Shown: piece after piece, positions 40,720-49,565 of the stretch
How positions within the stretch are numbered: position 1 is the stretch's first letter
Layout: every line of letters starts with the position of its first letter
NCBI GenBank assembly: GCA_050298055.1
Contig: JBNKTL010000032.1
Location: 1-54,363, forward strand
From: Spirochaetota bacterium
GTDB taxonomy: Bacteria > Spirochaetota > UBA4802 > UBA5550
Direction of reading: 5' to 3'
Length of the DNA: 54,363 nt
Notes under the pieces: generated by a model
Told to the model about the DNA's origin: nothing
The model's input: the letters and a program-made list of their open reading frames with translations, nothing else
The model's database searches: none
Program-made: the position numbers and the translations under genes

Positions 40720-41370
40720 TCAGAGAAGAAGGTCCCTCAAATCCCGGACGCTTCCCGCGGTATAGTCGGGACCGGCATCCCTTATCTCGGCCGCCGTCCC
40801 GTATCCGTATGTTACGGCAATTGAATCAATACCGTTGTCCCGTGCGCCCTCAATATCAAACTTCCTGTCGCCAACCATAACGGTTTCTCCCCGGCCCTGT
40901 TCGTGATAATCCTCAAGGACGTGCCGGATAAGCTCGGCCTTGTTGGACAGGGACCCGTCCAGGTTACTCCCGGTCCTTTTCACAAAGAACTTTTTTATCC
41001 CGAGGTTCCCGGTAATTATCTCCATGTAAAGAGCTGCCTTTGTTGTGGCTATCATCATCTGCTTTTCATTGTTCCTGAGATCTCTGAGAAGTTCTTCAAT
41101 CCCCTCATAGAGGTCTGTTTCATGGACCCCCTTCTCTCCATAGTATTCCCTGAAGTAATCCACGGCCTTTAAAGTATCCTGCTCATCCATGGAAAAAAAT
41201 TCCGTGAAAACGGATTTCAATGGCGGTCCAATGAACTTCACCGACTCCTTTTCATCTCCAAGGGAGAGACCGAATTTCCCAAGAGAATACCTGTAGGAGT
41301 TAAACACCCCCCTTCGAGAGTCAACAAGGGTCCCGTCAAAATCAAAGATGATGGTTGAGTACTTTTTCAT
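40720..41370 (-). CDS. HAD-family hydrolase (phosphoglycolate phosphatase-like)
   Basis: IFDFDGTLVDS, IGPPL, ATTK, MVGDRKFDI, VTYGYG. Confidence 0.92.
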   Translation of the reverse strand: MKKYSTIIFDFDGTLVDSRRGVFNSYRYSLGKFGLSLGDEKESVKFIGPPLKSVFTEFFSMDEQDTLKAVDYFREYYGEKGVHETDLYEGIEELLRDLRNNEKQMMIATTKAALYMEIITGNLGIKKFFVKRTGSNLDGSLSNKAELIRHVLEDYHEQGRGETVMVGDRKFDIEGARDNGIDSIAVTYGYGTAAEIRDAGPDYTAGSVRDLRDLLL

Positions 41371-41765
41371 GGCCTAAACATCTATTGGATTTATATGATC
41401 AACATGAAATTAATAATATCTATCCATATGATCCTATTCTTCTCTTAAAAGTATTTCAGGTTCAGTTTTATCCGGATCAGGTTTACAAATGAACATTGAT
41501 TCAAGTTCGCGCATTGTCAATAATCAAAAATTTGAATTTATGTTTTTTAACAAAGCCCCATATTGTGATTTTGTTCATCAGATAGTGAAATTATGATACA
41601 GGCAATCCAACCTGGCATGATGTCCCGGAATACGGAATGCCGAAAGAAGATTTATAAAAAATGCAAGCAGGTCGAAGAGGTTTTTCTTCGGTAGTCTGGA
41701 AAGACTGTGGTCAGGCGGTGTAAAGTGTCATTAAAATATTAATTGAATACCGCAAGGAAAATCCG

Positions 41766-43097
41766 CTATTTAAGGACCTCAAGAAATGCAGGATTAGTTC
41801 CGACTGTAACAGTTGCAATGACCGTATCGGTCAGACCACTAATAACAGAAACTGACTGCGAACCCCAGTTAGCAACATAAATTGTATTGCTTACAGGATT
41901 TACAGCAACACCAACCGGGTTTGTCCCTACAGGAATCGTTGTGCTCACGCTGTCCGTGGACCCGTCAATCACTGAAACCGTGCCGCTTCCATAATTAGCC
42001 ACATATATTTTATTGGTCTCAGGATTTACACTGATACCATAAGGATTACTCCCCACGACAATACTTGTACTGAAAGCGTCAGTGGAACCGTCAACCACGG
42101 AAACAAAACCGGTCGTTCCATAATCTGAAACAACATAGATCTTGTTTGTATTGGAATTCGCGCAGATATCGCGGGCCTCACTCCAGGAACCACCGGACAC
42201 ATAACCGAGAAGCGCGTCAGTTAGACCATTGAAAACCGCAGGATAGTCCCATTTAGAAACATATATTTTATTTGTACCTGTGTTTACGCAAACCCCGAAG
42301 GTATAACTGCCACTCATTGTATCAATATCGCTTACAGAATTATCATCTCCATTTATTAAAGTAACAGTGAGTTCCTCGGTTCCCTGTGATATATATATTT
42401 TGTTTGTATTCGGATTAACATCAACGATAAACAGGGGATTAGAACCGGAATTGTTATAATAGTTTGATAATGTGTTGGTGACCGTATTTGTCGCAGTATC
42501 TATTACAGAAATCGTACCGGCAATATCGTTTGAAACATAGGCAAAACCTGTAATATTATTTATACCTATACCTCCCGGGCCGTCCCCTACGGTAATAGTC
42601 GTGTCAACAGTATTCGTGCCTCCGTCGATAACAGTGACCTGGTCATCTGCATAGTTGGTGACATATATCTTCCCCCTGTTATAAGGCTCCATTGTAATGG
42701 AAAGATCAACACCTTCACCGGAATTAAGATCTATTGGTCCCGAAGTTCCCCTGTAAAGGGAATTCTCTCCGGAAAATCCATCTACTGTAAAAATTCTGCC
42801 CGGTCCTGCCGGTACATTGAGAGTTATACTCGTAATATCTGAAGGATAATTTTTTTCAATTATCGTCATGCCTGAACCGGCAACAGAGAGTGCTATGGAT
42901 GTTACCTCTGAAGGCACCTGCGCAAAGGCCTCTGTAGAAAAAAACCGGAGTAATCTATCAATAAACAAAAGTTCTTGTGAAAGAGAAACTGATTTCGGAG
43001 CAATGCTTATTGTCACTTCTGTAAAATTATTTTCAGGAGAACATTTGAAAATAAAGAGACAGAAAGTGAGAATAATAATTATCTTTTTACCCTTCAT
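41766..43097 (-). CDS. YVTN/YncE-type beta-propeller lipoprotein
   Basis: Lipobox-like IFKC; repeated KIYVTN/YVAN...VSVID...TI.VG..P units. Confidence 0.88.
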   Translation of the reverse strand: MKGKKIIIILTFCLFIFKCSPENNFTEVTISIAPKSVSLSQELLFIDRLLRFFSTEAFAQVPSEVTSIALSVAGSGMTIIEKNYPSDITSITLNVPAGPGRIFTVDGFSGENSLYRGTSGPIDLNSGEGVDLSITMEPYNRGKIYVTNYADDQVTVIDGGTNTVDTTITVGDGPGGIGINNITGFAYVSNDIAGTISVIDTATNTVTNTLSNYYNNSGSNPLFIVDVNPNTNKIYISQGTEELTVTLINGDDNSVSDIDTMSGSYTFGVCVNTGTNKIYVSKWDYPAVFNGLTDALLGYVSGGSWSEARDICANSNTNKIYVVSDYGTTGFVSVVDGSTDAFSTSIVVGSNPYGISVNPETNKIYVANYGSGTVSVIDGSTDSVSTTIPVGTNPVGVAVNPVSNTIYVANWGSQSVSVISGLTDTVIATVTVGTNPAFLEVLK

Positions 43098-43334
43098 AAT
43101 TATATCCTTTTTTATGATTTAAATGATAAGATGCTGCGAAAAAAAGGCTTCTTGTGAAATCGGATTAACAATTAATAAAAGTATCTATTCAAAAAGTCAA
43201 ATATAATAAAGTTTTTGATGGATTTAAAATAAAAGAAAAAAATCAATATTGGGACATAGTTCATATATCTTATTGTTGACAGGGTTGGATATTCCACTCC
43301 TCATGGAGCAGGTCGTTATTTCTGGTTTATTTCT

Positions 43335-43736
43335 ATGAAAAGCATATTCACTGGTATTATATTAATCATTACGGTCATCATTGCGGCATTTATCATAAAA
43401 ATCCGGAACCGGCCTTTCCTGGTCTACTCGGCAAGCGATAACAGGGAGCCCTATTACTACATAAGAAAGCACCTGGGACGAATATCCGCAGAGGAAGCGG
43501 TAAAACGGGCCGGGCCCTACCTGGAGAAAAGCCTGTTATTAAGGCGCGGGGAGAGTCATTATCCGGCCCTGAATACAAACTATGTTGTATATAAAGACGG
43601 CTGGTACTATGTCTTCAGGGACAATTATCCCTGGAAAGCCCCTGTAGTGGAAGTCCCGGGGACCTTTGAAAAATTTTCGGTAAAGGTCAATGCTGAAACG
43701 GGAAAAACCATTCCCCCGGAAGATCCCGCGGAGTGA
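43335..43736 (+). CDS. Hypothetical protein with an N-terminal anchor
   Basis: Hydrophobic N-terminus; stop overlaps the next start. Confidence 0.7.
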   Translation: MKSIFTGIILIITVIIAAFIIKIRNRPFLVYSASDNREPYYYIRKHLGRISAEEAVKRAGPYLEKSLLLRRGESHYPALNTNYVVYKDGWYYVFRDNYPWKAPVVEVPGTFEKFSVKVNAETGKTIPPEDPAE

Positions 43737-45460
43737 CTCCTGCGAAGAGACCCATGTTCATACCCACAACAGCTGAAGAAGTCAGGGAGAGAAACTGGGA
43801 CGCCCTGGACATTGTCCTTGTTACGGGGGACACCTATATTGACAGCTATTATATTGGCGCCGCGGTCATCGGGCAGCTCCTGATCAGCAGGGGGTATAGG
43901 GTGGGGATCATCGCCCAGCCCGATATTACCGGCAGCAGTGATATCACCCGCCTGGGGGAACCTCTCCTCTTCTGGGGCATTACATCCGGTTCCGTTGATT
44001 CACTGGTATCAAACTATACGTCAACGGGCAAAAGAAGAAAGCGGGATGACTTTACTCCCGGCGGCGGGAACACCAGAAGGCCGGACAGGGCCCTGATAGC
44101 ATACGCCAACCTCATCCGGAGGTACTTTAAGAACACCGTGCCCCTGGTCCTGGGCGGACTTGAAGCAAGCCTCCGGAGGATATCACACTACGACTGCTGG
44201 TCCGGCTCTGTCCGGAGGTCGGTGCTCTTTGACGCCAAGGCCGATATCCTTGTCTACGGAATGGGGGAGTCACAGGTCCTGGAATTATCGGAAACATTAA
44301 AGAAGCACGAGAAAGACTATCACGAACACCTGCAAAAGATCAGGGGGATATGCTACATATCCAAAACCGTGAGAGATGATTATATCCCCCTCCCCTCCTA
44401 TGAAGAGACGGCATCTCACAGGGACCTTTTTGCGGAAATGTTTACACTCTTCACCCGGAACTGCGACCCCTTTTCCGCCTCCGGGCTCATACAGGGGCAT
44501 GGAGAGAGGTTCCTGGCGCAGAACCCCCCGACTTTTCCTCTCAGGCAGGATGAACTGGACACGGTCTACACCCTTCCCTATGAGAGGAGGGTCCACCCCT
44601 TTTATGAGAAGATGGGAAAGGTCAGGGCCATGGACACCATCCGGTTCTCCATAACAACACACAGGGGGTGCGTGGGCCAGTGCGGATTCTGCAGCATCAC
44701 CCTCCACCAGGGGAGGAGAATTGTTTCACGAAGCGAGGAGTCAATTATTAGCGAAGCGGAGGGACTGGTAAAACATCCCGATTTCAAAGGGATCATATCC
44801 GACCTGGGAGGGCCCACCGCCAACATGTACGGCGTTGAATGCGGCATAAACAGGGAGAGTGAATACTGCCCTTCCCGAAGCTGCATGGTCCCCTCTGTTT
44901 GCGGGAACCTGAAGCTCAACCACAGGGGCCAGTTAAAGCTCCTGGAGAAGCTGAGAAAGACCAGGGGGATCAGGAAGGTCTTTGTCTCATCGGGGATCAG
45001 GCACGATCTTGTTCTTGCTGACGGCAAAGAGGGAACGAGATACCTGGAAGAAGTGATGAAACACCACATCTCCGGCCAGATGAAGATCGCGCCGGAACAC
45101 ACGGAAGGAGCCGTGGTCAGTCTCATGGGAAAGTGCGGCCGGGACGTCCTTGATGAATTTATCGATCTCTTTAACGGCATAAAAAAGAGGACCGGGAAAA
45201 AGATCTTCCTTACCTACTACTTCATGGCGGCCCATCCCGGATGCGGGGAGGATGAGATGAAAAGACTGAAAAGGTATACGCAGAAGAAGCTGAATATGGT
45301 CCCGCGGCAGGTCCAGATCTTTACACCCACACCCTCCACCCTCTCAACACTTATCTACTCCACAGGGACCGATCCCACCTCCGGGAAGAAGGTGTTTGTT
45401 GAAAGGGATACAAAGAAAAAGGTCCGCCAAAAGGAGATCATCACGGGGAAAAGGAATTAA
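43733..45460 (+). CDS. ygiQ: YgiQ/UPF0313-family radical SAM protein
   Basis: VTGDTYID, LGGLEASLRR, HRGCVGQCGFCSI (CxxxCxxC), DLGGPTANMY, KIAPEH, AAHPG. Confidence 0.92.
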   Translation: MTPAKRPMFIPTTAEEVRERNWDALDIVLVTGDTYIDSYYIGAAVIGQLLISRGYRVGIIAQPDITGSSDITRLGEPLLFWGITSGSVDSLVSNYTSTGKRRKRDDFTPGGGNTRRPDRALIAYANLIRRYFKNTVPLVLGGLEASLRRISHYDCWSGSVRRSVLFDAKADILVYGMGESQVLELSETLKKHEKDYHEHLQKIRGICYISKTVRDDYIPLPSYEETASHRDLFAEMFTLFTRNCDPFSASGLIQGHGERFLAQNPPTFPLRQDELDTVYTLPYERRVHPFYEKMGKVRAMDTIRFSITTHRGCVGQCGFCSITLHQGRRIVSRSEESIISEAEGLVKHPDFKGIISDLGGPTANMYGVECGINRESEYCPSRSCMVPSVCGNLKLNHRGQLKLLEKLRKTRGIRKVFVSSGIRHDLVLADGKEGTRYLEEVMKHHISGQMKIAPEHTEGAVVSLMGKCGRDVLDEFIDLFNGIKKRTGKKIFLTYYFMAAHPGCGEDEMKRLKRYTQKKLNMVPRQVQIFTPTPSTLSTLIYSTGTDPTSGKKVFVERDTKKKVRQKEIITGKRN

Positions 45461-45483
45461 TTATTTCATATAATCTTTTTAAG

Positions 45484-45501
45484 ATTTGCCACAGAGGCAC
45501 A
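45484..45501 (+). repeat. Left arm of the REP-like element interrupted by the IS110
   Basis: atttgccacagaggcaCA joins CAgagaag at 47052; inverted partner ctctgtgtctctgtggcaaat at 47205-47225. Confidence 0.75.
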
Positions 45502-45619
45502 CCCATTAAAGGGCGAGTCAATAGAAAAAACACCCCTCTGGCAAAAAATATTTTTTTTGTTGCTTAAAGTTAAGAACTAATGCTTCTTCCGTTGCATTGC
45601 GCCTTTGACTTCATTATTT

Positions 45620-45915
45620 CGGTTGCAGTCAGACTTAAATGATCTGCTCCATACACCCATCCGGATCAAGACTGAATGCTTAAAAAAGTCTTTAATGTCA
45701 TCCGTCCCTGGTTTTAAAAACCCCAGAAAACCGTCAGTTCCATGCTATGTCCAATTGATAAAGAACAGAAATCACGGTTTTTAACCAGCCTCTTTACGGT
45801 TCATAGCATAGGCAAATCAGAATGAAACAAAAGTTGCGATCTTTTAAAATGCAACAGTATCCAATCAGAGAAAATAGATTTTAACCAGTGCCTCACCACG
45901 GTTTACTGTTGCAGA
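45620..45915 (-). ncRNA. Putative bridge/seek RNA with target-binding and donor-binding loops
   Basis: Stem TGCAACAGTA/TACTGTTGCA encloses GAGGCAC and TTCTCTG (both target flanks); ATGGGTG matches the element end; boundaries approximate. Confidence 0.8.
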
Positions 45916-45922
45916 TAAAATA

Positions 45923-46939
45923 TTAAGAAAAGAGCTTCTTCTTATCAAATGATACTCCATCCCTCATAATATAATAAGCTGCTCTTGCTAATTTGTTACT
46001 CAACGCTTTTAAAGCGACAATTCTATTTGTCTTTCTCATTTTACGTTGATAAAATTCCTTTGCCTCGGGACAATAACGTATAGCATAATTTGCAGCTTCA
46101 ATAAAGGCCCATCCTAAATATTTATTACCATTTTTCCTATTGTTCTCACCTTTCTTTTTATTATTACTTGTTTTCACACTCTGAACACATCTGCAATATG
46201 AAGAATAATTCTTTACTGTAGCAAACCTGAGAATGTCTCCAGTTTCAAGAATTATTGTTGTCCCGAGAATATTCCCAATACCCGGAATAGTCAATAGCTG
46301 TTTGTATTTCTCCCGGACTTTGCATTGTTTAAGAACTTCTTTTTCAATTTCCATAGCTACTTTATCCAGGGAATGAATCATTGCAAGGTTGCTATGCGCC
46401 ATCAGGTTCAAATTATGATCTGTAAACATTAAATCAATATCACTTGCTGTAAGCTTTATAACATCATTTCCGGAGATATTAATGCCAAGATTTCGTGTAA
46501 TCATACTTTCAAGACTTAATATTTGCGCTGTGCGCTGTTTCACAAAAAGAATCCTCCTGCGAAGTAAATCCCTTAGTGACCTTTGCTCTTTTGGATATAT
46601 ATATCCTTTTGGTAATATGTTCAAACGTTCCATGTTTGCCAGCCAGGATGAGTCACTTTTATCGTCAGTTTGTTTTAAACCGTTATATTGTTGTATAGCT
46701 GATGGATTTGCCAAATGAATTTTAAACCCATCTTCTTGCAATCCATCTACAAGCCAGTACCAGTTATAAGTTGATTCAACAACTATAGCTTCCAGATCTT
46801 CTTTATAGGGTTGTAATGTACTGAGAATTAACTGTAAATTATTGTTAATTCGTTTGCTGAAAATCCTTCTGTCTTTTTCATCAATTATTGCTAAAAAAAT
46901 ATTACTTGAATGTAAATCAATACCTCCGTAAAGTTTCAC
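45923..46939 (-). CDS. IS110-family DEDD transposase (bridge recombinase)
   Basis: GIDLH, VVEST, KQTDDKSD, TIPGIG, SYC...TSN, KNGNKYL..AFIEAA, KLARA; GTG start with GAGGAGG. Confidence 0.95.
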   Translation of the reverse strand: MKLYGGIDLHSSNIFLAIIDEKDRRIFSKRINNNLQLILSTLQPYKEDLEAIVVESTYNWYWLVDGLQEDGFKIHLANPSAIQQYNGLKQTDDKSDSSWLANMERLNILPKGYIYPKEQRSLRDLLRRRILFVKQRTAQILSLESMITRNLGINISGNDVIKLTASDIDLMFTDHNLNLMAHSNLAMIHSLDKVAMEIEKEVLKQCKVREKYKQLLTIPGIGNILGTTIILETGDILRFATVKNYSSYCRCVQSVKTSNNKKKGENNRKNGNKYLGWAFIEAANYAIRYCPEAKEFYQRKMRKTNRIVALKALSNKLARAAYYIMRDGVSFDKKKLFS

Positions 46940-47191
46940 TGAGCACCTCCTCGTGTTTAAATTTTGGCACTTGTATAGTTTACTCTATACTGTGGACCTG
47001 CAAAATTTATCGCAGGGGGTGCTCATTAAGTAAAGCCCTTTAGATGATTATCAGAGAAGAAGAATGATAAAGGGTCAAAAGATTGTCCCGGATTTACACG
47101 AATGATAATAGATTATTCATTTTTATTAATGAATATCCGTAGCTGGATGGATTCAAACGTAATAATACGAAATCACAAAAAAACATTGCTA

Positions 47192-47225
47192 CACTCTCTG
47201 TGAACTCTGTGTCTCTGTGGCAAAT
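47192..47225 (-). repeat. Right arm of the CACAGAG-type REP-like element
   Basis: cactctctgtgaactctgtgtctctgtggcaaat, inverted relative to the reconstructed atttgccacagaggcacagag. Confidence 0.75.
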
Positions 47226-47369
47226 TTATTAATTTTATGAATAAGTACTAAATTTTTATATTTTTTTAAAAAAAATTTTTATAAAACCGCTTCCCCGATC
47301 GTATTAATATTAAACACCAAATCTAAAAAATCATAGCGCTGTGATTGTAATGTAAAAAAGGAGTTAAAA

Positions 47370-47732
47370 ATGGGCAACTTAGATAATGTAACAATTGAGG
47401 GTTTTGCAACGCATGCCCCGTCTCTGAGAAAAACTAAAACAGGAAAGGATGTATGTAATTTTTCACTTGCTATCAATCACTATTCGAAGGCTGACTCGAA
47501 ACCTCAGGTCTCATATATCGATGTTGAGACATGGGAAAAACTTGCCGGAGTCTGTTCAGACAACATAACAAAGGGAAAAAGAGTTATGGTCATTGGTGCT
47601 TTAAGGCAGGACAGGTGGGAGGGCCAGGATGGTAAAACTCAATCAAAGATCAAGATTGTCGGAAGAGAAATCAGGTTTCTCGAATCGCTCAAGTCAAACA
47701 ACGAGAACGAGAAGCATGCGGAAGCGGTTTAG
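47370..47732 (+). CDS. ssb: Single-stranded DNA-binding protein (short form)
   Basis: NFSLAIN, IDVETWEKLA, KGKRVMVIGALRQDRWE..DG; AAGGAG RBS. Confidence 0.9.
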   Translation: MGNLDNVTIEGFATHAPSLRKTKTGKDVCNFSLAINHYSKADSKPQVSYIDVETWEKLAGVCSDNITKGKRVMVIGALRQDRWEGQDGKTQSKIKIVGREIRFLESLKSNNENEKHAEAV

Positions 47733-47769
47733 GAAAATTGTTCTTTATAAAAGGTATTGAGGACCTTAT

Positions 47770-47806
47770 GGCAGTCCCCTGCAAAACAGGGGCTGCCTGT
47801 TTTTTT
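47770..47806 (+). terminator. Intrinsic terminator after ssb
   Basis: ggcagtcccctg-caaaa-caggggctgcc then tg and a T tract. Confidence 0.75.
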
Positions 47807-47852
47807 AACTATTCAATTTATGCGTTATATATTTTTTTATTGATATTAATAT

Positions 47853-47932
47853 TGTCATTCCCGCGGAAACGGGAATCTTTGCTTGTAAAAATGCGGATAC
47901 CGTCTCTTCGTTGCACTTCGGCCGGTATAACA
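47853..47932. repeat. dRS3-like REP pair (GTCATTCCCGCG..CGGGAATC)
   Basis: tgtcattcccgcggaaacgggaatc ... gataccg...cggtataaca. Confidence 0.6.
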
Positions 47933-47983
47933 GAAAAAGCCGGGTTGATCCCGGCCCTTTCATCATAATAAGCAGTAATAAAA

Positions 47984-48217
47984 TTACTTCTTCTTTTTCT
48001 TAGCAGGCTTTTTCTTAGCTGCTTTCTTCTTTGCAGCAGCTTTACTTGCTGCAGCTTTCTTCTTTGCGTCTTCAGCTTTTTTCTTGGCAGCAGGAATAGC
48101 CTTGGTAATAGTAGCAAGAGCTGATTTTTCTTTCTTCAGTTCAGACTCAAGCTTTTTTATCTTGGCCTTTTTCCTTTTCTCATCTGCCTGGAGTTGCTTA
48201 AGAGATTTGGTTGCCAT
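47984..48217 (-). CDS. Small Lys/Ala-rich basic protein (histone H1-like)
   Basis: AKKKAAASKAAAKKKAAKKKPAKKKKK tail; purine-rich RBS; hairpin at 47934-47960 downstream. Confidence 0.8.
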   Translation of the reverse strand: MATKSLKQLQADEKRKKAKIKKLESELKKEKSALATITKAIPAAKKKAEDAKKKAAASKAAAKKKAAKKKPAKKKKK

Positions 48218-48479
48218 ACCTTCCCCCTCTATTAAATCTTGTTTCCTTTATATCGGACGGAAACATTATGAAACTTTAACTTAATAGAAATAATTATGTT
48301 TATGCTTCATTATTTGTAATGAGACATAATATACCAATTTTGTCAACAAAAATATATTTTTTTTACTAATTTTTAATCTCCTGTTATACTATCCGATTTT
48401 ATACTACTTCGTGTTATGTGTATATAAATCCTCAGTAAATGATTTGGACCATTCCCATAAAGGGCCATTAATTTTTATT

Positions 48480-49556
48480 TTATTTCTTTACCGTGTATTT
48501 TTCAATCCTTGTCCGCAGTGATCCGGATTCAACGGCTTCCATGAACTCTTCACCGAGAAGCCTGTTGAATTCAACGACCTTTTTCCAGTAAGCAATCCGT
48601 TCATTATCTCTCCCCCTGAAAAGAAAAAAATCATTCCTGTCAGGAATTTTTCCTAACGGGAGTTTTGCCATAAAGCTCTCTGAGGGACAGACAATAAGAA
48701 CATTCTCCATGTTTGATTCCGATCCCTTTCGCCATCCTATACTCTTATCAAACCAGCCCGGGATAATACCCGGTATAAAGTGAGGATAGAGAACAAGCCC
48801 TTCATCACTGAACGGGAGATCGAGGTGATAGTCAACAACGCCTCCATCACGATAAACACCTCCAGGAGCTCCTTCCGGATTGTTTACACCTTTCATTACA
48901 AGGGGAATAGAGGCTGTTGCAATGAGAGAGTCTACGAGGTTTTCTGCAGTGAGATTTACGGTCAAAGCCCCTCCGCGTGAAGCCTTCAGGGGAGGATTCT
49001 TCCTCGGGTCATGAAAGAGTGTTCTTTTAAACAGTATACTGTTAAACTTCCTGTTGAGAAGGTTAAAAATGAAACCGGCACCAAGCCCCGGCATCAGCAG
49101 CGCCCTCTTTTCGGAAGATACCGGCCAGCGGCATCTGACCGTAATAATATTCATTCTGTATATGTTGTGATTGAGAATCGATTTAACACCCTTTTCACCC
49201 AGGAACTTTTTAAGGATATCAAGGCTCTGCCTGGTGACATCTTCCGCTCCGTGCCCCTTCTTATACCTCTGGTAAATATAATTCTCCTCAAAGAGGTCAA
49301 ATGCATTTCCCGGGTTTTCATGTGCCAGCGCGGCGAACCTCCAGCAGCCGATGGATGAGCCTATTGTACTCAGATTCTTCTTTCTCCCCCGGAAAAAACT
49401 CTCCGCAAGGACCCTGTCCATACCGCTCAGAATAAGCCACTTTGGACCTCCAGCCGCACCTGCAAGCACGGAGACACTCTCCTGTTTCAGTCCTTCCCCT
49501 TTTATTCTCTCATACGCCCGCTTTCCGGCGATAAATCTCAGGTTATTTTCCTTCAT
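48480..49556 (-). CDS. Patatin-like phospholipase family protein
   Basis: GAAGGPKW, GSSIG (GxSxG), ASIP, YRDGG. Confidence 0.88.
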   Translation of the reverse strand: MKENNLRFIAGKRAYERIKGEGLKQESVSVLAGAAGGPKWLILSGMDRVLAESFFRGRKKNLSTIGSSIGCWRFAALAHENPGNAFDLFEENYIYQRYKKGHGAEDVTRQSLDILKKFLGEKGVKSILNHNIYRMNIITVRCRWPVSSEKRALLMPGLGAGFIFNLLNRKFNSILFKRTLFHDPRKNPPLKASRGGALTVNLTAENLVDSLIATASIPLVMKGVNNPEGAPGGVYRDGGVVDYHLDLPFSDEGLVLYPHFIPGIIPGWFDKSIGWRKGSESNMENVLIVCPSESFMAKLPLGKIPDRNDFFLFRGRDNERIAYWKKVVEFNRLLGEEFMEAVESGSLRTRIEKYTVKK

Positions 49557-49565
49557 TAAATCCTC

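Larger units (their letters stand above)
45500..47053 (-). mobile_element. Complete IS110-family (IS1111-type) insertion sequence
   Basis: CA core at both junctions; subterminal inverted repeat taaagggc/gcccttta; short 5' end and ~420-nt 3' non-coding end; AT-rich relative to neighbouring genes. Confidence 0.9.

Noticed and set aside
41590..41765. Moderately GC-rich intergenic stretch that might be a gene or IS remnant
   Set aside because: No recognisable frame, repeat or RNA structure
47818..48117. 99-aa ORF overlapping the Lys/Ala-rich gene
   Set aside because: Alternate frame running through the hairpin and REP; no RBS
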